Source of the DNA: Desulfurococcaceae archaeon
GTDB taxonomy: Archaea; Thermoproteota; Thermoprotei_A; Sulfolobales; Desulfurococcaceae
Reading direction: 5' to 3'
Length of the DNA: 32,932 nt
NCBI GenBank assembly: GCA_038824035.1
Contig: JAWBBW010000014.1
Coordinates: 1 to 32,932 of the forward strand
Part shown: positions 1-9,410 of the stretch, piece after piece
Position numbering within the stretch: position 1 is the first letter of the stretch
Layout: the number at the start of each line of letters is the position of its first letter
Translations under genes and position numbers: made by a program
Notes under the pieces: generated by a model
What the model was told of the DNA's origin: nothing
Seen by the model: only the letters and a program-made list of their open reading frames with translations
The model's database searches: none

Positions 1-475
1 TTTTCTCATCAAATGATTCTAATTTTTTAACTACCTTGACCTTGTATACAAGACTCTTTCCCGCCAATGGATGATTGAAATCCACTATTACTCTCCCTCC
101 ATTAATGCTCTTAATCACTCCTTGTGCACCGCCCATTTCGATCACATCGCCTACGTTGACATTATATCCCTTTCGCTTGAATTCCCTTAAACTAAAGGTC
201 TTTATCTTATTTGGATCTCTTTCTCCAAAGGCCTTATCCGGTGGAACTTCAATGATTTTTTCCTCGCCTATCTCCATTTTAGCTAACTCTTGTTCAACAT
301 AGCTATTGATCCAATTTCTCCCTATCACCACCAGTATTGGCCCATATATTTTCTCCGGATCATAGATGTTTTCTTTTTTAGCGAGTTCTAAGTCAGTGGT
401 GTCTAATAATAGACCTGTCTCCTTTACTCTAACAGTGTATTCTATTAGTATGAATTCGCCCTTGTTAATAGGCAT
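1..475 (-). CDS. FKBP-type peptidyl-prolyl cis-trans isomerase (SlyD-like), 3' end outside window
   Basis: Not in the ORF track. Translated by hand from ATG at 475: MPINKGEFILIEYTVRVKETG...DTT...VPPDKAFGERDP...GRVIVDFNHPLAGKSLVYKVKV. DFNHPLAGK is the SlyD/FKBP signature. The frame is open to the window edge. Confidence 0.93.
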   Translation of the reverse strand, partial: MPINKGEFILIEYTVRVKETGLLLDTTDLELAKKENIYDPEKIYGPILVVIGRNWINSYVEQELAKMEIGEEKIIEVPPDKAFGERDPNKIKTFSLREFKRKGYNVNVGDVIEMGGAQGVIKSINGGRVIVDFNHPLAGKSLVYKVKVVKKLESFDEK

Positions 476-655
476 AACCGATCCCTCGTTTCCGAAACAC
501 GTATTCAGGCACATCAATAGATTTACAAGTTTAAAAACACTAAGATGCAAGTACATAAAAGGACAAAAGACTATTTTAGGGCTAGTTAAATAGTAAAAAA
601 GCAGTTCGACAGACACTTACAACTTAGAATATGTATCAAAGCGAGGTGAGGTATC

Positions 656-883
656 TTGAGTGAAACTGCACATAAGATCTTAGAAGAGAATCTAGGTAAT
701 ATAGTATTGATAAAGACAAGAGAAGGCATAGCATTAAGAGGTAAGTTGAGAAGTTTTGACCAACACTTGAATGTAGTATTGGATGATACAGAGGAGATCA
801 GAGAAGATGGTACATCCAGAAAACTTGGTACAGTGGTGATACGAGGTGACACAGTGATGTTGATATCTCCGATTACAAAGTAA
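656..883 (+). CDS. Sm-like archaeal protein (SmAP1/LSm)
   Basis: Sm1 motif (GKLRSFDQHLNVVL) and Sm2 motif (VIRGDTV). GAGGTGA RBS before a TTG start. Lies upstream of L37e, the conserved archaeal arrangement. Confidence 0.95.
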   Translation: MSETAHKILEENLGNIVLIKTREGIALRGKLRSFDQHLNVVLDDTEEIREDGTSRKLGTVVIRGDTVMLISPITK

Positions 884-913
884 CGATGAGCGAGGAAGAG
901 AGGTGTTCAAGGA

Positions 914-1102
914 ATGGTTAAAGGCACTACCAGTATGGGTAAACATGGAAGGAGTAAGACACATATAAGATGTAGAAGATGTGGTAGACACAGCTTCAAT
1001 GTTAGTAAGGGGTATTGTGCGGCCTGTGGCTTTGGTAGAAGTAAAAGAATAAGGAGATATAGCTGGCAAAACAAAAAGGTAAATAGAGTTAGGATCGTCT
1101 AG
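914..1102 (+). CDS. rpl37e: 50S ribosomal protein L37e
   Basis: KGTTSMGK...[12 protein letters not shown]...CAACGFG zinc-ribbon signature. Confidence 0.97.
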   Translation: MVKGTTSMGKHGRSKTHIRCRRCGRHSFNVSKGYCAACGFGRSKRIRRYSWQNKKVNRVRIV

Positions 1103-1159
1103 GCCACGATCTTGTGGCAAGAGGCGATATAACCTCCATATTTTTGAGTGGTGGAATTC

Positions 1160-2395
1160 ATGGCTAAGTATTTAATAAAAGCCAGAGTAGAAGTGGATGG
1201 AATAGTTGAAAAACACGACATTATAGGAGCGATTTTTGGTCAAACAGAAGGATTATTGGGCAATGAATTTGATCTAAGGGCTTTACAGGACAAGGGACGT
1301 ATTGGAAGAATACAGGTAAATACAAGGACACATGCCAATAAGACTGTTGGTGAAATAGCTATACCTAGTAATCTAGATAGAGTTGAGACAGCTCTGTTAG
1401 CCGCATTAGTGGAAACGGTGGATAAAGTTGGCCCCTACGATTCTAAAATACAAGTTATAGATATAGTTGACCTACGACTAGAGAAAATAAGGAAAATCGT
1501 TGAAAGGGCCGTAGAGATCCTAAAGAAATGGGGTAAAGAGAAGACACCGGATCTAAAGGAATTGGTCAAGAACATTCAAGATATGCTTAAAGCACCTGAA
1601 CCAATCAATTATGGTCCAGAAGAATTGCCAGCCGGTCCTAACATAGAGAAAAGTGATACGTTGATCATCGTGGAGGGGCGGGCAGATGTTATAAACCTAT
1701 TGAGATATGGATACATGAACGTAATAGCCATAGGTGGCGCGAGAGGGGTACCTGAAACACTTAAAAAGTTAGCTGAGAATAAGAAAACGATAATCTTCGT
1801 TGATGGAGATCACGGTGGAGATTTGATATTGAAAGATGTATTGAGAAACTTAAAGATAGATTATATTGCAAGAGCACCTTCTGGTAAAGAGGTCGAGGAA
1901 TTAACAGGGAAAGAAATAGAAGAGGCATTAAATAAGGCACAGTCTGTTTTCGAGTATCTCGAAGGGTTAATCAATCAGGGCAATAAAGAGGCTCAGTATC
2001 TACTACAAATGCAGAAAAAAATGAGAAAGATGGCAACAGAAGAGGGGGTATCCGAAATACAGGAGACGATAACTATTCCATTAAAGGTAATTGAAGACAT
2101 TAAGGCCATATATGGCACACTTGAGAGCATTCTATACGATAACGAGTGGAATCAGATCAAGAGAATCCCGGTGAGAGATCTAGTTATAGAGCTCGATTCC
2201 ATGGATCAAGGGAAAGTGTACGCGATATTGATAGATGGTATTATAACTCAAAGGTTGATCGATTCTTCAAAGGCCAAGGATGTGAAAATATTAATAGGCG
2301 CTAGGATTGGCAAATTATCGGTTAAGCCCTCCGAGATAACTGTTCTTACCTTTAACGAAATAGGTTACCCAGAACTAGCGGTTTTACCTAAATAA
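1160..2395 (+). CDS. dnaG: Archaeal DnaG (Toprim primase-like, exosome-associated)
   Basis: N-terminal DIIGAIFGQTEGLLG and GRIGRI motifs. Toprim motifs IIVEGRADV and DGDHGG. Start placed at ATG 1160 after GGTGG. Confidence 0.95.
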   Translation: MAKYLIKARVEVDGIVEKHDIIGAIFGQTEGLLGNEFDLRALQDKGRIGRIQVNTRTHANKTVGEIAIPSNLDRVETALLAALVETVDKVGPYDSKIQVIDIVDLRLEKIRKIVERAVEILKKWGKEKTPDLKELVKNIQDMLKAPEPINYGPEELPAGPNIEKSDTLIIVEGRADVINLLRYGYMNVIAIGGARGVPETLKKLAENKKTIIFVDGDHGGDLILKDVLRNLKIDYIARAPSGKEVEELTGKEIEEALNKAQSVFEYLEGLINQGNKEAQYLLQMQKKMRKMATEEGVSEIQETITIPLKVIEDIKAIYGTLESILYDNEWNQIKRIPVRDLVIELDSMDQGKVYAILIDGIITQRLIDSSKAKDVKILIGARIGKLSVKPSEITVLTFNEIGYPELAVLPK

Positions 2396-4767
2396 TCAAA
2401 TAGGCTTTTCTTACCAATATGCGTTGTCTTTTTCAGTTGTAATTCTGTAACGCCGAAGTACTCTAAGATCCTCATTACTGCTGGCACTATTTGATGATCT
2501 ATGTAGTAATTCACATCTATAAGTCTGATATCCTTGATAAACATGTATGGCTCAACTCTTTCGGATATTTTTCCATAGCCCTTGAGCACTACATAACCCA
2601 CTTTGTCTCCGATAGCAATCTTGATGCCTTTCCTAATCATTTTCTTAGCTACAGCTACATGTGGTGCATCGGCCTCATATTCCTCAATAGGCTTGGTCAA
2701 AGTTTTCCATATGATTAATTTCTCTAGGGGCACTTTATACTGATTTAGATCCGAGATAACATTTCTGACATAGTCTATGGCCTTTTCGAGATCTCCATAT
2801 CTAAGTAGGATCTCTGTGACCTTTTCTTGCACTTCCTTCGCTATTTCGGCCCAATCGCCTCTAACGGCTTCGAAGCCCACGATATCTATTCTCCCATCCT
2901 CTAATAACCCGGCATATCTCTTTTTCGCTTCGCTGAAGAATACTCTTTTATAAATCTTGTCAATTTTTATTTCAAAGCCAAGGTCGTTCTCGACGATTCT
3001 AGCGAATTCCTCTATTTTCCCTGGATCATGTGTAGCAAAGATCGAATCTGTGTCGCCATATATGACTCTTAAGCCTAATGCACGGGCGATCTCTATTGCT
3101 TTGTTTATGGTTTGTCGCCCCCAAGCTGTCACGGCTTCAGCGCATTCTCTACAATACCACCTTGCACCTGCCCAGCCCATGTAACCATATGTGGCATTAG
3201 CAAGGATCTTGACAGCTCTCTGCCTTTCATCGAGGATTTTATATTCATATGAATCAGGGTGGTATTTCTTCATCTCATCCCTTATAGATTTTCTCAGCTT
3301 TAATAAGCTCTGAAGCACGTTTTTAAAGAAACCTGCAGGCTCTTTCTTAAAGCAATGGCCTAGTTCCGGTGCTATATTATGTAGATTTTCATTACACGGC
3401 TCATTATACACTATGGTGTCAGGACCAACATTGTATTTGATCATTATGTTAGGATACATGCTTGTGAAATCCATTACAGCTATATTTTCATGAATACCTG
3501 GTAAGGGCTTTAAGACTACTGCACCTTTATATGATTCTATACTTCGCTCAATTCTATTGGGAATCAGCTCGTTGTTTCTATACGCTTCACGCATTAAGAA
3601 CCATTCTAACCTGTAGCCAACACTTGCCGCACCCACCTGATCTAACGGTAGCCCAGTTATATTTGATAACTGCATAGCAAATGGAAGAAATTTCTCGGCA
3701 AGACCCATTGTGGATTTCACATCATCTAGGTTATATCTCAGCAATAGCTCTCTTTTCTCTGGATCATTCCAATATCTGGGTATTTCTAAGTAATCTATTA
3801 ATACTCTTTCATTTCTCTTCATAACTCCGAGATAGTCGGCAACTATGTCTAAGCTCTTCAACTTTATCTCAGGTATTTCTTCTGCAAAGTTCAATAGATC
3901 TACATTCAGTCTGCCTGGGATCGATATATGGCCATACGTGCTAGTTGACGGCATACTATCTCTTTTACGCCCAATATCTAATTTTATACCGTGAATCCTG
4001 GATCTCTCCAGTAAATATGGCCAGTCAAAGTTATTGTTATTATAGCCCACTATTATATCAGGGTCTTTTTTAATCACGTAATTCACAAACTCCCTTATTA
4101 TCGGCCTATCATCTATGTTGTTGGCAACGAATTGCTTTATCTCTCCATCATTGCTCATCAAACCTATTATTATCACCGGGTCTTTTTCAGGCCTTGGAGA
4201 TCCACCTTCTCCATAAACCTCTATATCCATAGCCAAAATTCTCAGATCTTTAGGAGGTGAATATTCTTCAATAGCGCTTATATCGCCAATCAACTCGTAT
4301 TCTGCTGAAACACGGTATCCAGGACTAACTTTTAATTCCCTTGTCTTCGCGATATGCCATCCACACGGTTTCAAGCCATGATCTAAAATATATCTCATGC
4401 TAAACCTGATATCGGCCTCAACTATATCTAATACTTCATCAATATTCCGTATTTTTTCTCGATATTTCCTCACATATTCGGGTATGATCGTCGTCGCTTT
4501 CAACGACTTAACTGGATTGCCCATATATCGTTTCTCAACCAGTTCTAACTTAGAGATCGGTGATGGGTTTTCCGATAACATTTTAATCCTTTGCATCACA
4601 AGCGTTGGATCAGAATTCTTTCTCAATATGACGTAGAAATAAGGCCTAAAGTGCCTATCCCTGATCACAATTCGTTGCCCATCACGAGTTATAGCCCACA
4701 TTATTATATGTGGTTCATTCATGACAATTTCATAAGATACATCAAGTAAATAAAACTCTAACTCCAT
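2365..4767 (-). CDS. polB: Family B DNA polymerase (crenarchaeal PolB3 type)
   Basis: Exonuclease motifs DIEVY, YNNNNFDWPYL and YNLDD. Polymerase motifs DFTSMYP, KILANATYGY and YGDTDS. Start placed at MELEFYLLD (4767) to avoid overlap with pelota. No intein seen. Confidence 0.96.
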   Translation of the reverse strand: MELEFYLLDVSYEIVMNEPHIIMWAITRDGQRIVIRDRHFRPYFYVILRKNSDPTLVMQRIKMLSENPSPISKLELVEKRYMGNPVKSLKATTIIPEYVRKYREKIRNIDEVLDIVEADIRFSMRYILDHGLKPCGWHIAKTRELKVSPGYRVSAEYELIGDISAIEEYSPPKDLRILAMDIEVYGEGGSPRPEKDPVIIIGLMSNDGEIKQFVANNIDDRPIIREFVNYVIKKDPDIIVGYNNNNFDWPYLLERSRIHGIKLDIGRKRDSMPSTSTYGHISIPGRLNVDLLNFAEEIPEIKLKSLDIVADYLGVMKRNERVLIDYLEIPRYWNDPEKRELLLRYNLDDVKSTMGLAEKFLPFAMQLSNITGLPLDQVGAASVGYRLEWFLMREAYRNNELIPNRIERSIESYKGAVVLKPLPGIHENIAVMDFTSMYPNIMIKYNVGPDTIVYNEPCNENLHNIAPELGHCFKKEPAGFFKNVLQSLLKLRKSIRDEMKKYHPDSYEYKILDERQRAVKILANATYGYMGWAGARWYCRECAEAVTAWGRQTINKAIEIARALGLRVIYGDTDSIFATHDPGKIEEFARIVENDLGFEIKIDKIYKRVFFSEAKKRYAGLLEDGRIDIVGFEAVRGDWAEIAKEVQEKVTEILLRYGDLEKAIDYVRNVISDLNQYKVPLEKLIIWKTLTKPIEEYEADAPHVAVAKKMIRKGIKIAIGDKVGYVVLKGYGKISERVEPYMFIKDIRLIDVNYYIDHQIVPAVMRILEYFGVTELQLKKTTHIGKKSLFDYLGKTASSG

Positions 4768-4834
4768 TCTAAACCACGTAGCTTTGTTATCCAAATAAGG
4801 ATTGATAAATTTTAATGCAAAGAGGTTGAAGATA

Positions 4835-5911
4835 TTGAAAATCATTGAAACCGATGTGAAAAAAGGGATAATGGAGTTATTAATAGAGACAACAGAGGAT
4901 TTATGGGTTTTGTATAATGTAGTTAGAAAGGGGGACACGGTCTATGCGTTGACAACACGCGAGGTGAAACCAGGCGAAGGAGGTTCTAGCAGGCGCATAC
5001 CCATGGTTCTCGGCATAAGAGTGGAGAATGTGGAGTTTCAGGAATTCACAGATAAATTAAGAATAAGGGGTGTGATAATACAGGGGCCAGAGGAATTCGG
5101 TGTACAGGGAAAATACCACACAGTATCTATTGGCATAGGGGATAAAATCACAATTATAAAGGAGGAGTGGAGTTCATTTGACCTCGAATTCATAACTAGG
5201 TATTCCTCTAAGAGGAGGAAAATACTTGTGGTCTCAATGGATTACGAGGAGGCATGTGTAGCTATCTTAGCTGAACAAGGTATAAAATATATCGAAGAAA
5301 CGAGCTCAAATATGCCAAGCAAGAACTACGCGGTGGATTATCCCCAAATAATGGAATCGTATTTAAATAAACTAGTTGAGACGATCATCCGCGTAGTTAA
5401 CAATGAAAAGCCTGATGCACTAGTCATAGCAAGTATTGGTGATTTGAAAAATATTGTTAAAAGGAAATTAGAGGATCACGTTGAAATCCCGATTTACGTG
5501 GATACGGTTTCCACTGGTGGTTGTAAAGGAGTAGAGGAAGTGACTCGTAGAGATATAGTTAAGAAGATATCGAATGAGTTGAGTATAGTTAAAGCTAATA
5601 GAATATTTGATGAGTTTAAGGCCTTGTTGATAAAAGATCCAGACTTAGTTGCCTACGGTGTAGAGGATGTCCACTATGCTGTTAATATAGGTGCTGTGGA
5701 GAAACTTTTAATTATTGATGAATATTTACGACTAAGCAATTATGTGGAAAGGATTAAAGTTTACGAAATTCTTAACAAGGCATATGAAACTAGGGCTGAA
5801 ATAATCATTGTGCCGAGGAAATCTAATATATATTATGAACTAGCTAGTTTTGGCGGAGTGATTGCGATATTGAGATATAAATTAGAAAGATCCCTCATAG
5901 AGTCTTCTTAG
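4835..5911 (+). CDS. pelA: Pelota/Dom34 ribosome rescue factor
   Basis: EDLWVLYNVV, EFQEFTDKLRIRG, GKYHT, VAYG...GAVEKLLI and FGGVIAILRY motifs. Likely TTG start at 4835 after GAGGT. Confidence 0.94.
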   Translation: MKIIETDVKKGIMELLIETTEDLWVLYNVVRKGDTVYALTTREVKPGEGGSSRRIPMVLGIRVENVEFQEFTDKLRIRGVIIQGPEEFGVQGKYHTVSIGIGDKITIIKEEWSSFDLEFITRYSSKRRKILVVSMDYEEACVAILAEQGIKYIEETSSNMPSKNYAVDYPQIMESYLNKLVETIIRVVNNEKPDALVIASIGDLKNIVKRKLEDHVEIPIYVDTVSTGGCKGVEEVTRRDIVKKISNELSIVKANRIFDEFKALLIKDPDLVAYGVEDVHYAVNIGAVEKLLIIDEYLRLSNYVERIKVYEILNKAYETRAEIIIVPRKSNIYYELASFGGVIAILRYKLERSLIESS

Positions 5912-6601
5912 AATTGGTTTATCTCTTATAATTCTCTTTAACCTTTCTTCAAAGCTTTCATCGGGCATTAAAGCGTATTTTGCAAATACACCTGTTCTAC
6001 CGATATCATCTCTACGTGTTAATACCTGCACACGCTCCATCACTGTTTCCACGCTTATACCAAGTCTTCTTGCCACATATTCTTCAAACCCTATAACAGG
6101 CATCTCTCTATGCCCATTAGGCGTGGGTTCTATTAACACAAGGCCTTTATTGACACCAGCGACGCGCACATTCTGCAATAACTCATTATATGTTAGGAAT
6201 CCACCGAACCTATAGAATTCCAACTCCCTTGGCTTGAACTCTAATAGCGGAAAACTGATATTCACTTGTACATTTTTCTCCAAGACTATATAAGCCTTGG
6301 GTGTTGATAATGGAGTTGCTATTACAATGTATCTAGCAACTGGGTTTATCCCCCTTTTATCCAGTACTAATTCGACCTTATAACTAGGTATTTTATATGG
6401 TATCACAATATCTATATCGCTCCCACTCCACACATCCCCTCTCGCTATACTTCCATGTAATATCACATCTATTCCATTATCTATGAAAATATCCATTATC
6501 TGCTTGGCCTGATTTCTAAGTTCTCTGAGGATTCTCCAATGTTCTTCATCGTATGTTACTTCCTTGAATTCAGGTATTCGTTTAACCTTTTCTCTAGCCA
6601 A
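5882..6601 (-). CDS. Pol-beta superfamily nucleotidyltransferase (conserved archaeal type)
   Basis: HGSIARGDV..GSDIDI motif and a C-terminal ERVQVLTRRD.IGRTGVF motif. Confidence 0.85.
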   Translation of the reverse strand: MAREKVKRIPEFKEVTYDEEHWRILRELRNQAKQIMDIFIDNGIDVILHGSIARGDVWSGSDIDIVIPYKIPSYKVELVLDKRGINPVARYIVIATPLSTPKAYIVLEKNVQVNISFPLLEFKPRELEFYRFGGFLTYNELLQNVRVAGVNKGLVLIEPTPNGHREMPVIGFEEYVARRLGISVETVMERVQVLTRRDDIGRTGVFAKYALMPDESFEERLKRIIRDKPILRRLYEGSF

Positions 6602-6670
6602 TACCCTGTTCCCCTGTTAATTGATACTCTTTTAATACTTTTGTTTTAAAGTAGTTTATGGGGCGATTTT

Positions 6671-7732
6671 ATGCCATGGATATACTTCGTTATATTCATT
6701 GCGGTCTTTTGGTCAATTACTAATGTATTATACAGAGTTATTTGGAGCAGAAATCAAAACATAAGTATTAAGTACGGTGTTTTATTAGTGATTAAGAAAC
6801 CACTGAAGATCACTACTTCTCATAGATTAGTGAAATTAGGCAAAGTCTTTATAGCGCTATATTTCGCGATATTAGCCCTTTCTCTATATATCGTGGTGGG
6901 CTCTATATTGACTAGGTTAACTAGTGGCGTTCGCAATATAATGGTACTGATCCCCGGTATTAACATATCAGGGTATGACCTGTTGTTCTTCATCGTAGCT
7001 GTTGCAATAGCGTTAATTATTCATGAAGCTATGCATGCCAAGCTAGCCAGTGGATATGGTGCAGGCGTTAAGGCATTTGGATTTGCACTATTTCTTTTCC
7101 TACCCATAGCATTCATAGAAGTTGATGAAAGTGCGTTCAAAAATGCCAAAACAAGTGTAAAAATAGGGATATTATCGGCTGGCGTTACTGCAAACTTTGC
7201 GCTTGCACTGGTATTTATGATGTTATTGGCCGTTTTGTCATCGGGGCAGGGCTTCATGATCATCGATGTCGAGAGGGACAGTCTAGCTGAAGGTATAGGA
7301 TTAAAGCGGTATGACATATTATGCAGTGTTAACGATATGCCATTGAGTAATATATTAGTTCTCCATGACTTAATGAGCAAGAACTCCACATTTGAGGTAG
7401 TTCTCTATGTATGGAGACCTGGTGAGGGATATATGAGAATTAGTTTCATTAAACAGCCATGGCAATCCAAACTAGGTGTAAGGGTTCTTCCAGCGCCATC
7501 ACAGCATCTATTTTCAGTGATAAATCAATGGACTTGGGTAATGATATATAATCTATTCTATTGGATATACCTCGTCAATTTAAGTGTGGCGGTGATTAAT
7601 GCATTGCCACTATATATCACTGATGGGGGAAAGATAATGTACGAAGTCCTTGGAAAGAAAATGGGAGATATTGTAAACATCGTGTGTCTTTCACTATTCA
7701 TATCTATGATCTTAATCTCGTCTACGTTTTAA
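6671..7732 (+). CDS. Site-2 protease (peptidase M50) with PDZ-like insert
   Basis: HEAMH zinc motif, NALPLYITDGG motif, several hydrophobic segments, and a PDZ-like segment (SLAEGIGLKRYDIL). Confidence 0.9.
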   Translation: MPWIYFVIFIAVFWSITNVLYRVIWSRNQNISIKYGVLLVIKKPLKITTSHRLVKLGKVFIALYFAILALSLYIVVGSILTRLTSGVRNIMVLIPGINISGYDLLFFIVAVAIALIIHEAMHAKLASGYGAGVKAFGFALFLFLPIAFIEVDESAFKNAKTSVKIGILSAGVTANFALALVFMMLLAVLSSGQGFMIIDVERDSLAEGIGLKRYDILCSVNDMPLSNILVLHDLMSKNSTFEVVLYVWRPGEGYMRISFIKQPWQSKLGVRVLPAPSQHLFSVINQWTWVMIYNLFYWIYLVNLSVAVINALPLYITDGGKIMYEVLGKKMGDIVNIVCLSLFISMILISSTF

Positions 7733-7742
7733 TTTGTCAAAA

Positions 7743-8031
7743 GCCCGTGGGCAGGCTCCACGTCACTAATACACATAAACGCCAGAGCCCTTCCATGCTA
7801 GCTCATCCCCGGTGACCCGTGAACGCTGGTGTCCGAGGTTAGGTTGCTCCCTTCCGGGCCTGGCCTGGTTCCCTCGGCTAAGGTGGTTTACCCCCTTCCT
7901 CCGAAGGGGGCCCCACCTCCACCAGCCCCACGGGGCGGGGTTCATGGCTATGCATGGGGGTTGGCGTTTATGTGTATTAGTGACGTGGTTATCTGGCCCA
8001 GCTTATGCTGGGCCCTACCCAGCCCACGGGC
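7743..8031 (-). ncRNA. ffs: Signal recognition particle (7S/SRP) RNA
   Basis: GC-rich island. The minus strand has helix 8 (GCCAGGCCC-GGAA-GGGAGCAACC), helix 6 (CCCCCUUC-GGAG-GAAGGGGG), terminal pairing 7743-7752/8022-8031 and a long helix 5. Confidence 0.95.
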
Positions 8032-8057
8032 CATTATATTACTAGTTCTTTCGGGAT

Positions 8058-8068
8058 TATATTTATAT
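8058..8068 (-). promoter_or_regulatory. Probable TATA box of the SRP RNA gene
   Basis: Minus strand reads ATATAAATATA about 27-35 nt upstream of the RNA 5' end. Confidence 0.5.
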
Positions 8069-8129
8069 CCCGAGGGCGTTCAAGGAGATTTTGCTAATTG
8101 CTTTATAGGTCTAGGCAACAATATCATAG

Positions 8130-9200
8130 TCACAGTGTTTTTAAACCCGATCCCGTTAGTATTATTAGGATACTTGAACCACGTAAATCATCTCTGATTT
8201 TCTTATAAACAGCGTATGTGACAGCGGAAGTAGGTTCAACTAAGAAGCCCTGTTCCCATAGATCTATGGTTGCTTTCCTTATTTCACTGTTTCCAACTAA
8301 GAGAATATCACCCTTGAATGTTTTCAAGGCTTTAACGATCTCTGCCAATCTTGGTGGATTAGAGACCATTAAACCATCAGCTAGATCCGAGCTTTCACCG
8401 GGTAGATGAAAACCTTTATAAGCTTCATGAACTGGTTGAACGGAATAGCCCTGTACCCCGATTATTTTAGGCAATTTATTTATGATACCCATCTTAACAG
8501 CTCTCTCGAAACCATGAGCTATTCCCAATAAAAGCCCCCCTGAACCAATTGGTAGAATTACATAATCCGGGGCTCCAAATTCTTCTATTACTTCGTAGGC
8601 AATAGTCGAGGCGCCAAGTATGTAAAACGGGCTCCACAAATGTGCGACATAGTATATATTGGTTTCTTTTTCAAGAAACACCTGGATCATTTTCGAAGCC
8701 TCATCCCTATTATTGGCCTCAACGATCTCTCCGCCCATTTGTAGTATTGCCTTTTTCTTACCCTCTGGGGCATTACGAGGCATTACTATTAATGGTTTCA
8801 ATCCATATAGCTTTGAATACAAGGTGACGGATATGCCAGTATTCCCGCTACTATCTTCAATTACCTTCTTAAACCTCATTCTATATCCATAGTAAATAGC
8901 AAGGGCCGAGCCCCGGTCCTTGAAACTACCACTAGGATTTAGATATTCCAGTTTGAATAAAACTGTGTTGGATCCATCGTTTTCGACGATCAACGGTGTC
9001 GAGCCCTCTCCTCGCGTTGTGCCAGGAGTAAAGGGTAATATCTCGGCGTATTTTTCCCATATGTTTCTGCGATGTGAATAATTTAATGTTTTAGTTGAAT
9101 GATATTTGATATCGAGTGGTTTATAACACCGTGGACATCTCCAGTAATAGCTATTAAAGAGGTTTTCCTCGAAAGAACAATATGGACACAGCCACCTCAT
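8130..9200 (-). CDS. Threonine synthase-like PLP-dependent enzyme (fold type II)
   Basis: N-terminal CPYC...CPRC, GEGSTPL, the PLP lysine in LNPSGSFKDRG, DSSGNTG, PIGSGG and VEPTSA. Start placed at MRWLCP. Confidence 0.85.
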   Translation of the reverse strand: MRWLCPYCSFEENLFNSYYWRCPRCYKPLDIKYHSTKTLNYSHRRNIWEKYAEILPFTPGTTRGEGSTPLIVENDGSNTVLFKLEYLNPSGSFKDRGSALAIYYGYRMRFKKVIEDSSGNTGISVTLYSKLYGLKPLIVMPRNAPEGKKKAILQMGGEIVEANNRDEASKMIQVFLEKETNIYYVAHLWSPFYILGASTIAYEVIEEFGAPDYVILPIGSGGLLLGIAHGFERAVKMGIINKLPKIIGVQGYSVQPVHEAYKGFHLPGESSDLADGLMVSNPPRLAEIVKALKTFKGDILLVGNSEIRKATIDLWEQGFLVEPTSAVTYAVYKKIRDDLRGSSILIILTGSGLKTL

Positions 9201-9410
9201 GATGCCGCTCTCCTTATTTAATCCATTTTCAATTTCAATTAATGGTATTATCATTGAAGTATTTATCGAAATAATATATAAAACATTAGCAATGACATAA
9301 ATAGCAATATGATGATGAAAAAGCTAAATAACTATGGTTACTACGATTATTATTTTTATATACTCTTACATATTCTTTAGTTAATGGTTGTTATTTGAAG
9401 GTGTTTCGGA

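Noticed and set aside
1103-1136. Two small hairpins (GCCAC/GTGGC and GAGG/CCTC) between rpl37e and dnaG
   Set aside because: Stems of 4-7 bp are too short to distinguish from chance without conservation data.
2365-2395. Tail-to-tail gene overlaps (also 5882-5911, 10883-10886 and 29382-29403)
   Set aside because: Common in compact archaeal genomes.
4768-4938. N-terminal extension of PolB overlapping pelota head-to-head
   Set aside because: Artefact of taking the longest ORF. Family-like sequence begins at MELEFYLLD (4767) and MKIIETD (4835).
7812-8197. ORFs 7812..8045 and 7829..8197
   Set aside because: They are antisense to the GC-rich SRP RNA, and the open frames are explained by the scarcity of stop codons.
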